Positions 20,787 through 31,471 of a stretch of DNA of 64,000 nt are shown here, piece after piece. Under the pieces are notes generated by a model. The model saw only the letters and a program-made list of their open reading frames with translations, was not told the DNA's origin and did no database searches. Position 1 is the stretch's first letter, and the number at the start of each line of letters is the position of its first letter. Position numbers and translations under genes: made by a program. The DNA lies in assembly GCA_001789395.1 (NCBI GenBank), contig MFZK01000003.1:48390-112389 (forward strand), given 5' to 3'. This DNA comes from Candidatus Roizmanbacteria bacterium RIFCSPHIGHO2_02_FULL_37_13b. Its GTDB lineage: Bacteria > Patescibacteriota > Microgenomatia > UBA1406 > HO2-37-13b.

Positions 20787-21938
20787 TTAATAAGTAATTT
20801 GCTTATCCAATAATTTATTATCAATACAAATGTTTTCAAGAATTCTTACAATTCTATTTGACGTCTTCCCATCTCCCCATGGATTTTTTATCATTTTGAT
20901 AAAATTTAAGAATTTCATATCATTTAAGCATTTATCTATGGAATTAGATAGCTGACTGTGATTAAATCCGACATCAATAACATTGCTTCCTTGTGGTCTA
21001 CCAAGTTGCCTGATGCCGACATTCACAACGGGGATACCGAAAGATCCAGATTCAATTCTTCCGGCGCTGCTATTTGTTATCCAACAGGATGTATATTTTT
21101 CCAGTGCTAAAAATATTTTATATTCCAAATTTGGGAATATTCGAAATAGGGGATTATTTTTTTGTTTTTCAATTTCCCTTATGATTTTCATTGCTCCGGG
21201 ATCTGTGTTTGGATAAATTATTACAACAGGTAATTTTGTTTTTTTTACGGCATTAAGAATAATATTCATTTGTCTACCAGCCATGTTAATTTGATTAAAT
21301 ACGGGATGTAAGACTACTAGTATATATTTATCTCCGGGCTTCAGATTTAATAATTTAAATACATCTTTTTTATCCGGCAATTTTTCATTCAATATCGTAT
21401 CCAAGCCCGGTGCACCAACTGTATGAATTCGCCATTTTTCTTCGCCCATTTTCTCGATCCGTTTTGCGGAATCTTCCGTGGCGGCAAAATGAAGATGAGA
21501 AAGTTTGGTAATTGCATGTCTAGCTATTTCATCAATATGATACGTTTTGTCTCCACCATGAATTTGAGCTGTAGGAATTCCAAGATAAACTGAAGCTATA
21601 GCAACCATCAACATTTCCACGCGATCGCCGAGTGTTATAGTCAAGTCTGGTTTTGTTTTATTAAATTCGTTAATTAATTTATTGAATAAATCTGAGGCAA
21701 AATGTGCTGTGGCAATTCTACTATCGCCATGAAATGATACAGCAATTTTTTTCGCGTGAGGAAATTTTTTTTTAACATCACCTTCACTGTGACCGAATTT
21801 TGGCATCAGATGGAGACCAGTATAATACAACTGCAACTTCAACTTTCGACTATTATCAATAGCATTAAGAACTGGGGTCATTAAACCAAAATCCATTCTT
21901 CCACCAGAGACAAACGCTATTTTTTTATATCTTGTCAT
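20787..21938 (-). CDS. neuC: Hydrolysing NDP-N-acetylhexosamine 2-epimerase
   Basis: TGLHL...FG, LGDRVE, IHGGD, DEIARHAITKLSHLHF, VGAPGLD, NSSAG, WGDG. Confidence 0.9.
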   Translation of the reverse strand: MTRYKKIAFVSGGRMDFGLMTPVLNAIDNSRKLKLQLYYTGLHLMPKFGHSEGDVKKKFPHAKKIAVSFHGDSRIATAHFASDLFNKLINEFNKTKPDLTITLGDRVEMLMVAIASVYLGIPTAQIHGGDKTYHIDEIARHAITKLSHLHFAATEDSAKRIEKMGEEKWRIHTVGAPGLDTILNEKLPDKKDVFKLLNLKPGDKYILVVLHPVFNQINMAGRQMNIILNAVKKTKLPVVIIYPNTDPGAMKIIREIEKQKNNPLFRIFPNLEYKIFLALEKYTSCWITNSSAGRIESGSFGIPVVNVGIRQLGRPQGSNVIDVGFNHSQLSNSIDKCLNDMKFLNFIKMIKNPWGDGKTSNRIVRILENICIDNKLLDKQITY

Positions 21939-21946
21939 ATTTTTAG

Positions 21947-23002
21947 TTAAATAAAATCTCTTTTCGATAATTGCTGATCAATTTTCACATCTTTAATCAG
22001 CTTTTTTCCAAGAAATGATTGGTAATATCTTGCTGATATTCCCGTAGCAGGTCTTTTACCCTCAATATCTTTAAGAGTTAAAATTTGTCCTTTTTTTAAA
22101 TCGTTTATATATACCAGACTTCTTCTCACTTCCTTAATATATGGAATCTCGCATTTTGCAGGTTTAATGTTTGATCCCATTATTATCTTAACTTTTCGAA
22201 TAGCCATAATTTTTGCCTTTGCATCGGATGGATTTGAGGATGCGTGATGATCCGGACCTTGTAGTTTTTTATCCAAAGTTATATGAAATTCATAAACAGC
22301 AGCACCCATCGATGCTATCATAATTGCAACTTGAATATCTTGACTGTGATCGGAATAACCCACGGGAACATCAAATCTCGACATCATTCTCTCCATGACC
22401 TCTAAATTTACATCAGTTATTTGACATGGATAATCAGTCGTGCAATGTAAAATAGCTATTTTGTGATTGTTTCTAGATTTAACAAAATTTACGGCATCTT
22501 TAATTTCTTTATAACTGGCCATACCTGTGGATAAAATAATAGGTTTCTTCAGTCTTGCAATATGATCTAAAAGCAAGTAGTTGGTCAAATTTCCTGAATC
22601 TATCTTGTATGCTGGCAATTTAAACCTTTCTAAAAAATTTACACTTTGTCGACCTCCTTGTGGTGTGGATAAAAAAAGAATATTCCGCTTATGACATCTT
22701 TCAATAATCGGCTTATAAAATTTATCTGGAAGGGCTAGCTTTCTTAACATATTAAGCTGGGATGTTGTTGTTCCTAAGTTTCTTTTCTGATATGTCGCCA
22801 TCTTTCCCTTTGGAGTAACGACATTTTCCGGTTTAAATGTCTGAAATTTAACGGCATCAGCTCCGCTGTCAGCGGCTGCATCAACTAGTCTTAAAGCCAA
22901 ATCAAGTCGGCTATTATGATTAACACCGGCTTCAGCAATAATGAATATATCTCCATTTTCCTTTATTATTTTTTTTCCTATTTTGAAGGTCTGCTTTGCC
23001 AT
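21947..23002 (-). CDS. neuB: Nonulosonic acid synthase (NeuB family)
   Basis: IIAEAGVNH, GADAVKFQTF, ILSTGMA, LHCTTDYP, GYSDHS, GPDH, C-terminal SAF domain. Confidence 0.92.
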   Translation of the reverse strand: MAKQTFKIGKKIIKENGDIFIIAEAGVNHNSRLDLALRLVDAAADSGADAVKFQTFKPENVVTPKGKMATYQKRNLGTTTSQLNMLRKLALPDKFYKPIIERCHKRNILFLSTPQGGRQSVNFLERFKLPAYKIDSGNLTNYLLLDHIARLKKPIILSTGMASYKEIKDAVNFVKSRNNHKIAILHCTTDYPCQITDVNLEVMERMMSRFDVPVGYSDHSQDIQVAIMIASMGAAVYEFHITLDKKLQGPDHHASSNPSDAKAKIMAIRKVKIIMGSNIKPAKCEIPYIKEVRRSLVYINDLKKGQILTLKDIEGKRPATGISARYYQSFLGKKLIKDVKIDQQLSKRDFI

Positions 23003-23011
23003 CTATATATA

Positions 23012-23797
23012 TCAAATTATCGTCCAACCACCATCAACTAATAAATTATGTCCTGTTATATATGAAGACCCATCAGATGCTAAAAAGAGAGTAGGCAAAA
23101 CAAGATCCTCGGGCTTAGCCATTCTTTTCAATGGGACAAAATCTTCATAAGCTTTAACAAATTTCTTATTTTGATTATCAAAAACACCTCCAGGACTTAT
23201 GCAATTAACACGAACGTTGTATTTACCATAATAACTTGCGAAATAGCGGGTCATTGTATTAATTCCTCCTTTTATCAACGCGTAAGCTGACGGTGATGTC
23301 ATTTTAGTCCCCTCGTAAATCTGAAAATTAGGCCCAACAAGTCCGTATATAGAACTAAAATTGATAATTGATCCTTTTTTTTGTTTCTTCATAATTAAAG
23401 TAACTTGTTGTGTCAGGTTATAATAACTTCCCAAATGATTTATTAGATTTGATTTAATTGATCCGTATTTCACTTTTTCAACATTTAAAGACCAATCCGG
23501 CGTTTTAGGAAAACTACAATTAACAAAAACATCGATTGCTTTGAAACGAATAATTATTGAATTAAATAATTGCTTAACAGCTTTTTCGTTATTGATATCT
23601 ATCTGATAATGAAAAATTGTATTTTTATTAATTTTATTTAGTCCATCAATAAATTTTTTTTTCTCACCTATATCAACTACAACTAATTTAACATTGTGTT
23701 GACAAAATCCTTGACAGAGTTCTTTACCGATTAAACCGAAACCTCCGACTATAACAACTACCTTATCATTTAAATCTGAAAGATTATAGTTTTTCAT
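23012..23797 (-). CDS. SDR oxidoreductase (PtmA/ElaC-like)
   Basis: GGFGLIG, SSIYG..GPNF..YEGT.M, YALIKGG, RVNCISPGG, ITGHNLLVDGG. Confidence 0.85.
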   Translation of the reverse strand: MKNYNLSDLNDKVVVIVGGFGLIGKELCQGFCQHNVKLVVVDIGEKKKFIDGLNKINKNTIFHYQIDINNEKAVKQLFNSIIIRFKAIDVFVNCSFPKTPDWSLNVEKVKYGSIKSNLINHLGSYYNLTQQVTLIMKKQKKGSIINFSSIYGLVGPNFQIYEGTKMTSPSAYALIKGGINTMTRYFASYYGKYNVRVNCISPGGVFDNQNKKFVKAYEDFVPLKRMAKPEDLVLPTLFLASDGSSYITGHNLLVDGGWTII

Positions 23798-23803
23798 GAT
23801 ATT

Positions 23804-24811
23804 TTAAAAAGCAATGTCTTTTATGTTTACCATTCTTTTTAATTCATGTGATTTATGGGCAGCCAGTATTATTTTTAAATTATTTATCCCATCATTTAGT
23901 GTTATGTTCGGCTTCTTGTTTAATAATAAAGTGTGTCTAAAATCCTTTAACTCCGCAATAAACATGTCGTTTCTGGAGAACGTTTGACTATAATTAATTT
24001 CCCGTTTATTATAATCTTTTCCATTTGATTTCGTTAAGTACAAAATTAATACATTTTGATAATAATCAAATTCAATTTTCCCTTTATTACCAATTATCGA
24101 CCAATTTCTTTGCGGAGGATTTTGAATATAATCTAAGTGTATCTCTGACATCATCCCCGTTTTATACTTAAATAAGATTTCAGCCGAGTGTTCAGTATTA
24201 ATTTTTAGATTGCTGTTACGACTTTCTATACAAAAAACCTGTGATGGCATTCCAAAAAAATAAACCATTAAATCAAATTCATGACATAATGTATTTATTG
24301 GTCCACCACCGAGTTCTTTTCTGGCGGCATAAGTTTTACTGTAATCTTCATTAGGATGCCAAAGGGGTAAATAGTTACCACAAGTGAATTGACAACAAAT
24401 AATTTTTCCTATATTCTCACTTTCAAGCCATTTTTTAATCTGTATAACAGCTGGATGATAACGCATCATAAATCCCATAAATACTTTAAGTTTTTTTTTA
24501 GCAATGACGTGAGTTAATTCTGCCACTCCTGTTTTGTTTGTCGATAAAGGTTTTTCGATAAAGAGATGACATCCGTATTTAGCAAGTTTCATTGCCAAGG
24601 GGATATGCAGACTTGATGGATTTGCAATTATAGCAACATCTGGTTTTTGCTTCAAAGCTTTTTCCAAATCAGTAAAAACAAGAATTGTTGGAAAACTCTT
24701 CATGGGCAAGTTTCTTGTTCTATAAGCAATAATGTCTTTCTCTCCTAATGACAATAAATTTATTAAGTGCCGTTGGCCTATCGACCCTAAACCACAAAAT
24801 ACAAATTTCAT
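23804..24811 (-). CDS. Gfo/Idh/MocA oxidoreductase (PtmF/ElaA-like)
   Basis: GLGSIGQRH, FIEKPL, YLPLWHP..DY...Y.A..ELGGG, HEFD. Confidence 0.85.
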   Translation of the reverse strand: MKFVFCGLGSIGQRHLINLLSLGEKDIIAYRTRNLPMKSFPTILVFTDLEKALKQKPDVAIIANPSSLHIPLAMKLAKYGCHLFIEKPLSTNKTGVAELTHVIAKKKLKVFMGFMMRYHPAVIQIKKWLESENIGKIICCQFTCGNYLPLWHPNEDYSKTYAARKELGGGPINTLCHEFDLMVYFFGMPSQVFCIESRNSNLKINTEHSAEILFKYKTGMMSEIHLDYIQNPPQRNWSIIGNKGKIEFDYYQNVLILYLTKSNGKDYNKREINYSQTFSRNDMFIAELKDFRHTLLLNKKPNITLNDGINNLKIILAAHKSHELKRMVNIKDIAF

Positions 24812-25704
24812 ATTTTAATTTTTTTTATCTTTGATTTGTGGTAATAATCGTCTTTAATAACTTTATTCTTATCCAGCAAATCTAAATTTGCAGTGTAGTA
24901 GTTATACAGTTTTTTTATACCGACAAAGTACGAGGTGAAAGTCAAATCAGGCATTAATATTTTTAATCTCTTATTACTTCCAGTATATTGGTAATTAAAT
25001 CCCTTATTATTAACTACAATTTTTGATTTATTAGATGAAATTTGATTGATTATATCAACTATCTCACTTAGAGCTATTGATTTTGACGGTATAATATTCA
25101 AATCTCTAATATTTATTCTATGCTCAACTATAAATTCAACTATTGAAATAAGATCATCAATGTATAAATAATCAAAAATTACATTTTGTTTAATGATAAT
25201 TGGTTGTTTAAAAATATTTTTAGCTATAGAGTTAGAAATGAATTTGAAAAGATAGTCTTCATACTTGCCGTAAATCCCGAAAAGTCTCAAATTAACTACT
25301 TTAGGATTATTTTTGCTTATCGAATGACAAATATATTTTGCTAATCCATAATCATCTTTTGGAATATATTTGCCAAATTCAGATTCCTTGATTTTAACTA
25401 AATCTCGACTTTTATCATACTCGGCACCGGACCCAAAATAAATAAATTTTTTGACTTTATCTATATTTCGATAAAGATTTAAAAACATGGAAATTGTATC
25501 TTTAAATAAATATTGTCCTTTCCCAACAGCGCTATGTATGACAACGTCAATACTGTTTTTCTTAAAGTATTTATTAACGGCAGCAGAATCTGTTAAATCA
25601 AGATCTTGATGAGTAGGGGAGAGAATATGATATTTTTTTCCTAATCCTTCAATTAAATTTCTTCCGATAAAACCAGACCCACCGGTAATTAAAATTGTTT
25701 TCAT
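24808..25704 (-). CDS. NAD-dependent nucleotide-sugar epimerase/reductase
   Basis: ITGGSGFIG, FGSGAEY, YGLAK. Confidence 0.85.
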   Translation of the reverse strand: MKTILITGGSGFIGRNLIEGLGKKYHILSPTHQDLDLTDSAAVNKYFKKNSIDVVIHSAVGKGQYLFKDTISMFLNLYRNIDKVKKFIYFGSGAEYDKSRDLVKIKESEFGKYIPKDDYGLAKYICHSISKNNPKVVNLRLFGIYGKYEDYLFKFISNSIAKNIFKQPIIIKQNVIFDYLYIDDLISIVEFIVEHRINIRDLNIIPSKSIALSEIVDIINQISSNKSKIVVNNKGFNYQYTGSNKRLKILMPDLTFTSYFVGIKKLYNYYTANLDLLDKNKVIKDDYYHKSKIKKIKI

Positions 25705-25743
25705 AGTTTATTTATTAAATTTACGTTTCGACTTTCGGTTTTT

Positions 25744-27525
25744 TTAACTGAACGTCTTCATAATCGCTTCAAGTTCTTCTTTTGGCAGATGCGGCCACAT
25801 ATCCTCAAGTGATCCAGACTCCAACGAGCCGTCTAGTTTGCGCCGTGTGACAGATCGCGGCATTCTTGATTGATCATAAGAAATATTTACTTCATATAGC
25901 GTTGGTCCTTTTGTAATTAATGCTCTTCTAATTTTTTTTTCAATTTGACTATTATTTGAAATATAATCATATTGCAGGTCATAGGCGCTTGCTAATTTTT
26001 TGAAATTTGGATTTATTACTCCTGAATTTTTATCAGCTCCAACCAACCGTCCTTCAAATAAACTATTTTGAGTATCCCTGATTGATTTATAGCCTTTATT
26101 GTTAAAAACAAATATTTTTATGGGTAATTTGTAATAACGGATTGTGTTTAATTCCTGTAAATTAAACTGAATGCTACCATCTCCAGTGACACAAATGGAT
26201 CTCTTTCGATTATTTGCAATGCACGCGCCAATTGCAGCAGGCAAACACCATCCCATTTGACCAAAATTTTTATTAACATACGCCCGTTGACCTTCTTTAA
26301 TCTTAAATGCTTGATTAAAACTAATCACATCTAATCCCATGCCTGTTGTTAAAATATCCTCTTTAGTCAATAAATCGGATAATTTGTCCATAAATAAATA
26401 GCTGTTGACGTGTTTTTTGTCTTGTTTGAATTTCGAAATAATAGTCGGGTATTTCTCTTTCCAAAGTTTACCTGTCGTAAGCCATAGTGGATCTAAATGT
26501 AATTTAACATTTGACGATTGTTTTATAAACGCTTCAATAAAATCTTTACCATCCATTTTTATAGACATGTCTACATTTATTGTTTTTTTTTGAAGTTCAC
26601 CTTTATCAATATTAACCATTACTATTTTCCCCTTTCTTGCGAAGTTACTATAATTAAAGCCTGTAGAGGCAATGTTTAAACTGGCACCAATGCTTATTAT
26701 TAAATCTGCATTTTGAAGGACTAAATTTGCCCGTCTATAACCAGACGGACCAAAATAACCAATTAACTTTGGATGACTAAAGGGAATTAAATCCAATCCG
26801 TTTAATGTTAATAAAATTGGTATGTCAAATTCATCTAGAAGTTTATTTATAGTTTCACTTGCTCCTGATAAACGAATTCCATGGCCAAGAATAAAAACCG
26901 GTCGTTTAGATAATTTTAGTAGCGAAATCACCTTCCCAACTTTTTTTATTTTATTATTTTTCGACTTATATTTTGGGATATTAAACGATTTCAATTTTGC
27001 TTCGTCAATATTAGACCCCTGAACATCAAGCGGGATATTTAACCAGACAGGACCAGGCCGATTTGTCGTTGCCTCATGGAAACCCTTCTCCAATTCAAAT
27101 TTAATACTTTCCGGATTCATAATCGTTACGGCATATTTTGTTATCGGTTTTACCATCGGAATAATGTTCACCTCTTGATTTCCCATTTGCCTTAATTTTG
27201 AATAATCAGCAATTACTTCCCGTTTAACTTGACCTGATATCACCAACATCGAAATCGAATCTACCCAGGCAGCAGCAACTCCTGTAATAGCATTTGTTGA
27301 ACCAGGTCCTGTAGTCACTAAACATGCTCCAATTCTATTTTTCAATCTTGCATAAGACTCGGCACAAGTTGCACTTGCCTGCTCATGATAATTGGAAATA
27401 TATGTAATTTTCTTATTTCTATAGATCGCATCTAAAAGGTACATTATCCCACCACCGGATACTAAAAAAATATCGGTGATCCCTCGTTTTACAAGAAAGT
27501 CAATTACGTAATCAGCTACAATCAT
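25744..27525 (-). CDS. ThDP-dependent acetolactate-synthase-like enzyme (YerE-like sugar carboligase by context)
   Basis: HEQAS, VTTGPGSTNA, RPGPVWL.IP.D, GDGSIQFNLQEL..NN motif. Confidence 0.85.
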   Translation of the reverse strand: MIVADYVIDFLVKRGITDIFLVSGGGIMYLLDAIYRNKKITYISNYHEQASATCAESYARLKNRIGACLVTTGPGSTNAITGVAAAWVDSISMLVISGQVKREVIADYSKLRQMGNQEVNIIPMVKPITKYAVTIMNPESIKFELEKGFHEATTNRPGPVWLNIPLDVQGSNIDEAKLKSFNIPKYKSKNNKIKKVGKVISLLKLSKRPVFILGHGIRLSGASETINKLLDEFDIPILLTLNGLDLIPFSHPKLIGYFGPSGYRRANLVLQNADLIISIGASLNIASTGFNYSNFARKGKIVMVNIDKGELQKKTINVDMSIKMDGKDFIEAFIKQSSNVKLHLDPLWLTTGKLWKEKYPTIISKFKQDKKHVNSYLFMDKLSDLLTKEDILTTGMGLDVISFNQAFKIKEGQRAYVNKNFGQMGWCLPAAIGACIANNRKRSICVTGDGSIQFNLQELNTIRYYKLPIKIFVFNNKGYKSIRDTQNSLFEGRLVGADKNSGVINPNFKKLASAYDLQYDYISNNSQIEKKIRRALITKGPTLYEVNISYDQSRMPRSVTRRKLDGSLESGSLEDMWPHLPKEELEAIMKTFS

Positions 27526-27536
27526 ATTATTCCAAT

Positions 27537-27578
27537 CAATCCCGGGATCGCAACAAAGCTAATTCTATCCCGGGATTA
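27537..27578. repeat. Orphan REP doublet (degenerate copies of the RAYT-flanking palindrome)
   Basis: caatcccgggatcg-caacaaagctaatt-ctatcccgggatta matches 61957..61999 (caatcccgggattg-caacatggctaatt-caatcccgggattg). Confidence 0.85.
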
Positions 27579-28524
27579 CTAATTTATACCATTCATATAT
27601 TTTTTTAATTTGACTTGTCATAGTATATTGCGGCTGCCATCCACAAATTTTTTTGACTTTATTAAAATTCAGAGTCTGATAGGGAATTTCATTATTTGCG
27701 TTATTTATAATCTTGTATTTAATTTTTCTATTTAATTTGGTTTCAACAATTTTTATTACTTTAATGACTGAAAGGGTGTCTTTTGATCCGAAATTAAATG
27801 CTTGTCCCTTCGTCTTATCAATATTTTCCATCAGCTTAATATAACCCGATACAACATCTTTGATATAAATATAATCACGAACATGTTTTCCGTCACTACG
27901 TATTTTTAGTGTTTTATTTTGAATAATAGACCTTAAAATATCAGGAATGAGTCGAGAAAAATGGAAATCACCCTCACCGTATACATTACCAAAACGGGTC
28001 ACAGTCACGGGTAATCCATAAGTTTTATAATAACCTAAACTTATCATGTCAGCAGCGGTTTTAGATAATTCATACGGATGATCTGATAAAAGGGGATCTA
28101 TTTCCCGATACTTTCTCTTTCCTTGTTTTCCATAAGCTTTGTCTGATGAGGCGATCACAACACCTTTAATATTTTGTAAACTCCGGGTAGCTTCCAGAAC
28201 ATTCACCGTACCCTGAACGTTAGTTTCAAACATTATTCTCGGATTATCATATGCATTTTCTACTTCGGATACAGCAGCAAGGTGATATACAAAATCGGGT
28301 TTTATCTTTTTAATAAGACTTGATAATCTCTGAAAGTTTCGGATATCGCAACTCGCATATTTTACTTTTTTTAGTGTAGGACAATTGGCGAAGTATGATA
28401 GGGGATGGATTCTTATGTCACATGCAATAATCTTATAATCCTTTTTCAACAATTCTTCTGCTAAGTGCGATCCAATGAATCCCGTACCACCGGTGATAAG
28501 AATTTTATTATTTTTTATTTTCAT
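27565..28524 (-). CDS. Nucleotide-sugar 4,6-dehydratase (RfbG-like)
   Basis: ITGGTGFIG, HLAA, ASSDKAYG, PYELSK, RFGNVYG.GD..FSRLIPD. Confidence 0.82.
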   Translation of the reverse strand: MKIKNNKILITGGTGFIGSHLAEELLKKDYKIIACDIRIHPLSYFANCPTLKKVKYASCDIRNFQRLSSLIKKIKPDFVYHLAAVSEVENAYDNPRIMFETNVQGTVNVLEATRSLQNIKGVVIASSDKAYGKQGKRKYREIDPLLSDHPYELSKTAADMISLGYYKTYGLPVTVTRFGNVYGEGDFHFSRLIPDILRSIIQNKTLKIRSDGKHVRDYIYIKDVVSGYIKLMENIDKTKGQAFNFGSKDTLSVIKVIKIVETKLNRKIKYKIINNANNEIPYQTLNFNKVKKICGWQPQYTMTSQIKKIYEWYKLVIPG

Positions 28525-29452
28525 TCAATATTTTTCTTATAATATATCTTGGTCTTTTTTTTACTTCAAGAAAGATTTTGGCCAAATATTCGGCAATTAT
28601 ACTGATCGACAAAAGTTGTACGCCTCCTAAAAATAGAATGGCTAAAATTAATGTAGGTATCCCGCGTGGGGAGTTTTTGTACATAAAATATTGAACGACA
28701 TCTATCGTCAATAATGCAAATGAAAAAAACATTACAATAAAAGCAATCTTTGATATCCACTCAAGCGGTTTTAAAGAAAAATTAATTATTATGGTTTTCG
28801 CCCACCAAAAACCTGATAAAAGACTCTCTGTTGATGTTCCTCTCACTCTGCTATCTCTCACATATTCTATCCCTGTCTGACGAAATCCTACATATGCCCT
28901 AAGACACCTAATGTAATAATCATATTCATCAATTTTTGTTAATTCCGTTATTACTTTTTTATCCATCAGTGAAAATTCACCGGCGTTAAGCGGTATATCA
29001 ATATAAGCCATCTTTTTTAAAAGCGCATAAAAACTTTTATAAAAAAGATTCCATAAAATGCCGTATCCTTTTCGCGACTTTCTTACGCCGTAGACGACAT
29101 CATAACCATTTTTCCATTGTTTAATGAATTTTGGGATCAACTCAGGCGGATCCTGAATATCTCCATCCAAGAGTACAGAGGCATCACCATTTGAGTATCT
29201 CAGTCCGGCGATAAAACTGGATTGAGGCGTACCGAAATTACGACTCATAAAAATTATCTTAACCTTCTTGTCCTTTTTAGCCAATTTATTAAAAATTTCT
29301 TCCGAACCATCTTTTGAACAGTTATCAACATAAATGATTTCATAATCGTATGGAATTTTCTTAAAAACCGAAACTAGACGCTGATACATTTCATTAATAT
29401 TTTCTTTTTCGTTGAAACAGGCTATTATTATTGATATTGTTTTTTTTCTCAT
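28508..29452 (-). CDS. GT2 undecaprenyl-phosphate glycosyltransferase (GtrB-like)
   Basis: VDNCSKD, MSRNFG, DGDIQDPP, two C-terminal TMs, EVKKRPRY. Confidence 0.88.
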   Translation of the reverse strand: MRKKTISIIIACFNEKENINEMYQRLVSVFKKIPYDYEIIYVDNCSKDGSEEIFNKLAKKDKKVKIIFMSRNFGTPQSSFIAGLRYSNGDASVLLDGDIQDPPELIPKFIKQWKNGYDVVYGVRKSRKGYGILWNLFYKSFYALLKKMAYIDIPLNAGEFSLMDKKVITELTKIDEYDYYIRCLRAYVGFRQTGIEYVRDSRVRGTSTESLLSGFWWAKTIIINFSLKPLEWISKIAFIVMFFSFALLTIDVVQYFMYKNSPRGIPTLILAILFLGGVQLLSISIIAEYLAKIFLEVKKRPRYIIRKILNENKK

Positions 29453-29479
29453 ATGTTGTATTTATTCACGACTTAGAAG

Positions 29480-30550
29480 ATGCAGACTTTATTATATAAT
29501 ATCTTCATGAATTCTATTATCGGTCAGGATCTCGACTATATATTATCGACTGACATTCCCTGGACCAGACTTCGTAATAAAACGTTCCTCATCTCGGGGG
29601 CTGCGGGATTTATTGCATCTTATATTGTCAGGACTTTGGTCAAACTCAATGATCAAAAGCACTTAAATATTAAAGTCATTGGTATTGTTCGCAATAAACA
29701 AAAAGCAAAAATAAAATTAGCGGACATTATCAAAAGAGCTGATTTTAAATTAATTATTCATGACGTCTGCAAACCAATAATTATCAGAGAAAAAATTGAT
29801 ATTATAATTCACGCAGCCAGCTTAGCTAGTCCAAAATATTTTAATACCAATCCTGTTGAAACTCTAAATGCAAATATTTTTGGAACAAAAAATCTTCTTG
29901 AACTTGCAAAGGAAAAAAAATCCGATCATTTTCTTTTTTTAAGTAGCGGAGAAGTCTATGGAAAATTATCAAAAAAACAATTACCTACAAATGAAAAATC
30001 TTATGGATATATTGATCTTTTGGATGTCAGGTCTTGCTATGCAGAGAGCAAACGAATGGGTGAAGCAATGTCTATAGCGTGGAACCACCAATACAAAGTA
30101 CCAACGAAAATTGTCCGATTGTTTCATACGTATGGACCAGGAATTTCCCTAGATGATGGTCGTGTATTTGCTGATTTTGCAGCAAATATAATTAACAATC
30201 AAAATATAAATTTAAAAAGTACAGGTACGGCAATCAGATCTTTTTGTTATATTGCCGATTGCGTAACCGGAATATTTACAGTTTTATTTCAGGGTAAAAA
30301 CGGCGATGCTTATAACATTGCCAATGATAAAGGCAACACCAGCATTAAGAATTTAGCCAAATTATTGGTCGATATTTATCCTGAAAAAAAACTCAAAGTA
30401 ATTATAAAAAAAAGAAAAAAAAACGATCCATACTTACGAAGCCCAATCCAGATTAACGATCCGGACATATCGAAGATTAAGTCTCTTGGCTGGAAACCAA
30501 AATATCCACTTCAAACAGGATTTAAAAGAATGATTGATAGTTACCTTTGA
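29480..30550 (+). CDS. NAD-dependent epimerase/dehydratase (UDP-glucuronate decarboxylase/YerF-like)
   Basis: ISGAAGFI, HAASLASP, SSGEVYG, RSCYAESKR, TYGPG. Confidence 0.85.
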   Translation: MQTLLYNIFMNSIIGQDLDYILSTDIPWTRLRNKTFLISGAAGFIASYIVRTLVKLNDQKHLNIKVIGIVRNKQKAKIKLADIIKRADFKLIIHDVCKPIIIREKIDIIIHAASLASPKYFNTNPVETLNANIFGTKNLLELAKEKKSDHFLFLSSGEVYGKLSKKQLPTNEKSYGYIDLLDVRSCYAESKRMGEAMSIAWNHQYKVPTKIVRLFHTYGPGISLDDGRVFADFAANIINNQNINLKSTGTAIRSFCYIADCVTGIFTVLFQGKNGDAYNIANDKGNTSIKNLAKLLVDIYPEKKLKVIIKKRKKNDPYLRSPIQINDPDISKIKSLGWKPKYPLQTGFKRMIDSYL

Positions 30551-30553
30551 AAA

Positions 30554-31471
30554 ATGAATAGAATAAACCGATTACAACGAACTTATAGAGAATATAGATC
30601 TGGCAGAATCACTAAATCCACTTATATTAAAAGAATGCATGATATCCATAAGATTCTTTTTGATTATTCAGATTTTATTAAAAAAACTGATATATCCAGC
30701 ATTGACATTAATACTTACGACGTAATAATGACATTAAATAAAACAGGATTGAAATTTCTTTGTGATAAAAATGATCATCGAATCGCACCAATTGAAATTA
30801 TCAACTTTAGTACATACGAAAATGAAGAAATGGCTGTCACTTTAAAGCTAATAAAGAAAAATTATACTATATTTGATATTGGCGCCAATATCGGTTGGTA
30901 TTCATTAACTCTGTCTCGCTTAAAAAAAAATATCCAAATCTATGCTTTTGAACCTATTTTGAGAACTTATAAATATTTAAACAGAAATATTGCGCTTAAT
31001 AATATTAAGAATATAAAAACAATGAATTTTGGTTTTTCAGATAAAAATAAAAAAATTAAATTTTATTATTATCCTGAAGGATCAGGAAATGCATCTGCTT
31101 TGAATATATCACATCACCCCAACGCTGAAAAAATAACAGGTCGGATTATGAAATTGGATGATTTTATTAATAAAGAAAATATAAAGATTGACCTTATTAA
31201 GTGCGATGTCGAAGGAGCTGAGCTCTTTGTCTTTAAGGGTGCCATAAACACCATCAAACAACAAAAACCGATTATTGCCACAGAGATGCTTCGAAAGTGG
31301 TCAAAACCTTTTAATTATCATCCGAATGATATTATTGAGTTGCTCGGTACAGTTGGATATAATTGCTACGTTGTCAGAAAAAAAAGATTAATTAACATGC
31401 CATATATCACCGATCATACGAAGGAAACAAATTTCTTTTTTTTACATCATCAAAAACATAAAAACATATGA
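30554..31471 (+). CDS. FkbM family methyltransferase
   Basis: DIGANIGWY, AFEP, IKCDVEGAE. Confidence 0.9.
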   Translation: MNRINRLQRTYREYRSGRITKSTYIKRMHDIHKILFDYSDFIKKTDISSIDINTYDVIMTLNKTGLKFLCDKNDHRIAPIEIINFSTYENEEMAVTLKLIKKNYTIFDIGANIGWYSLTLSRLKKNIQIYAFEPILRTYKYLNRNIALNNIKNIKTMNFGFSDKNKKIKFYYYPEGSGNASALNISHHPNAEKITGRIMKLDDFINKENIKIDLIKCDVEGAELFVFKGAINTIKQQKPIIATEMLRKWSKPFNYHPNDIIELLGTVGYNCYVVRKKRLINMPYITDHTKETNFFFLHHQKHKNI

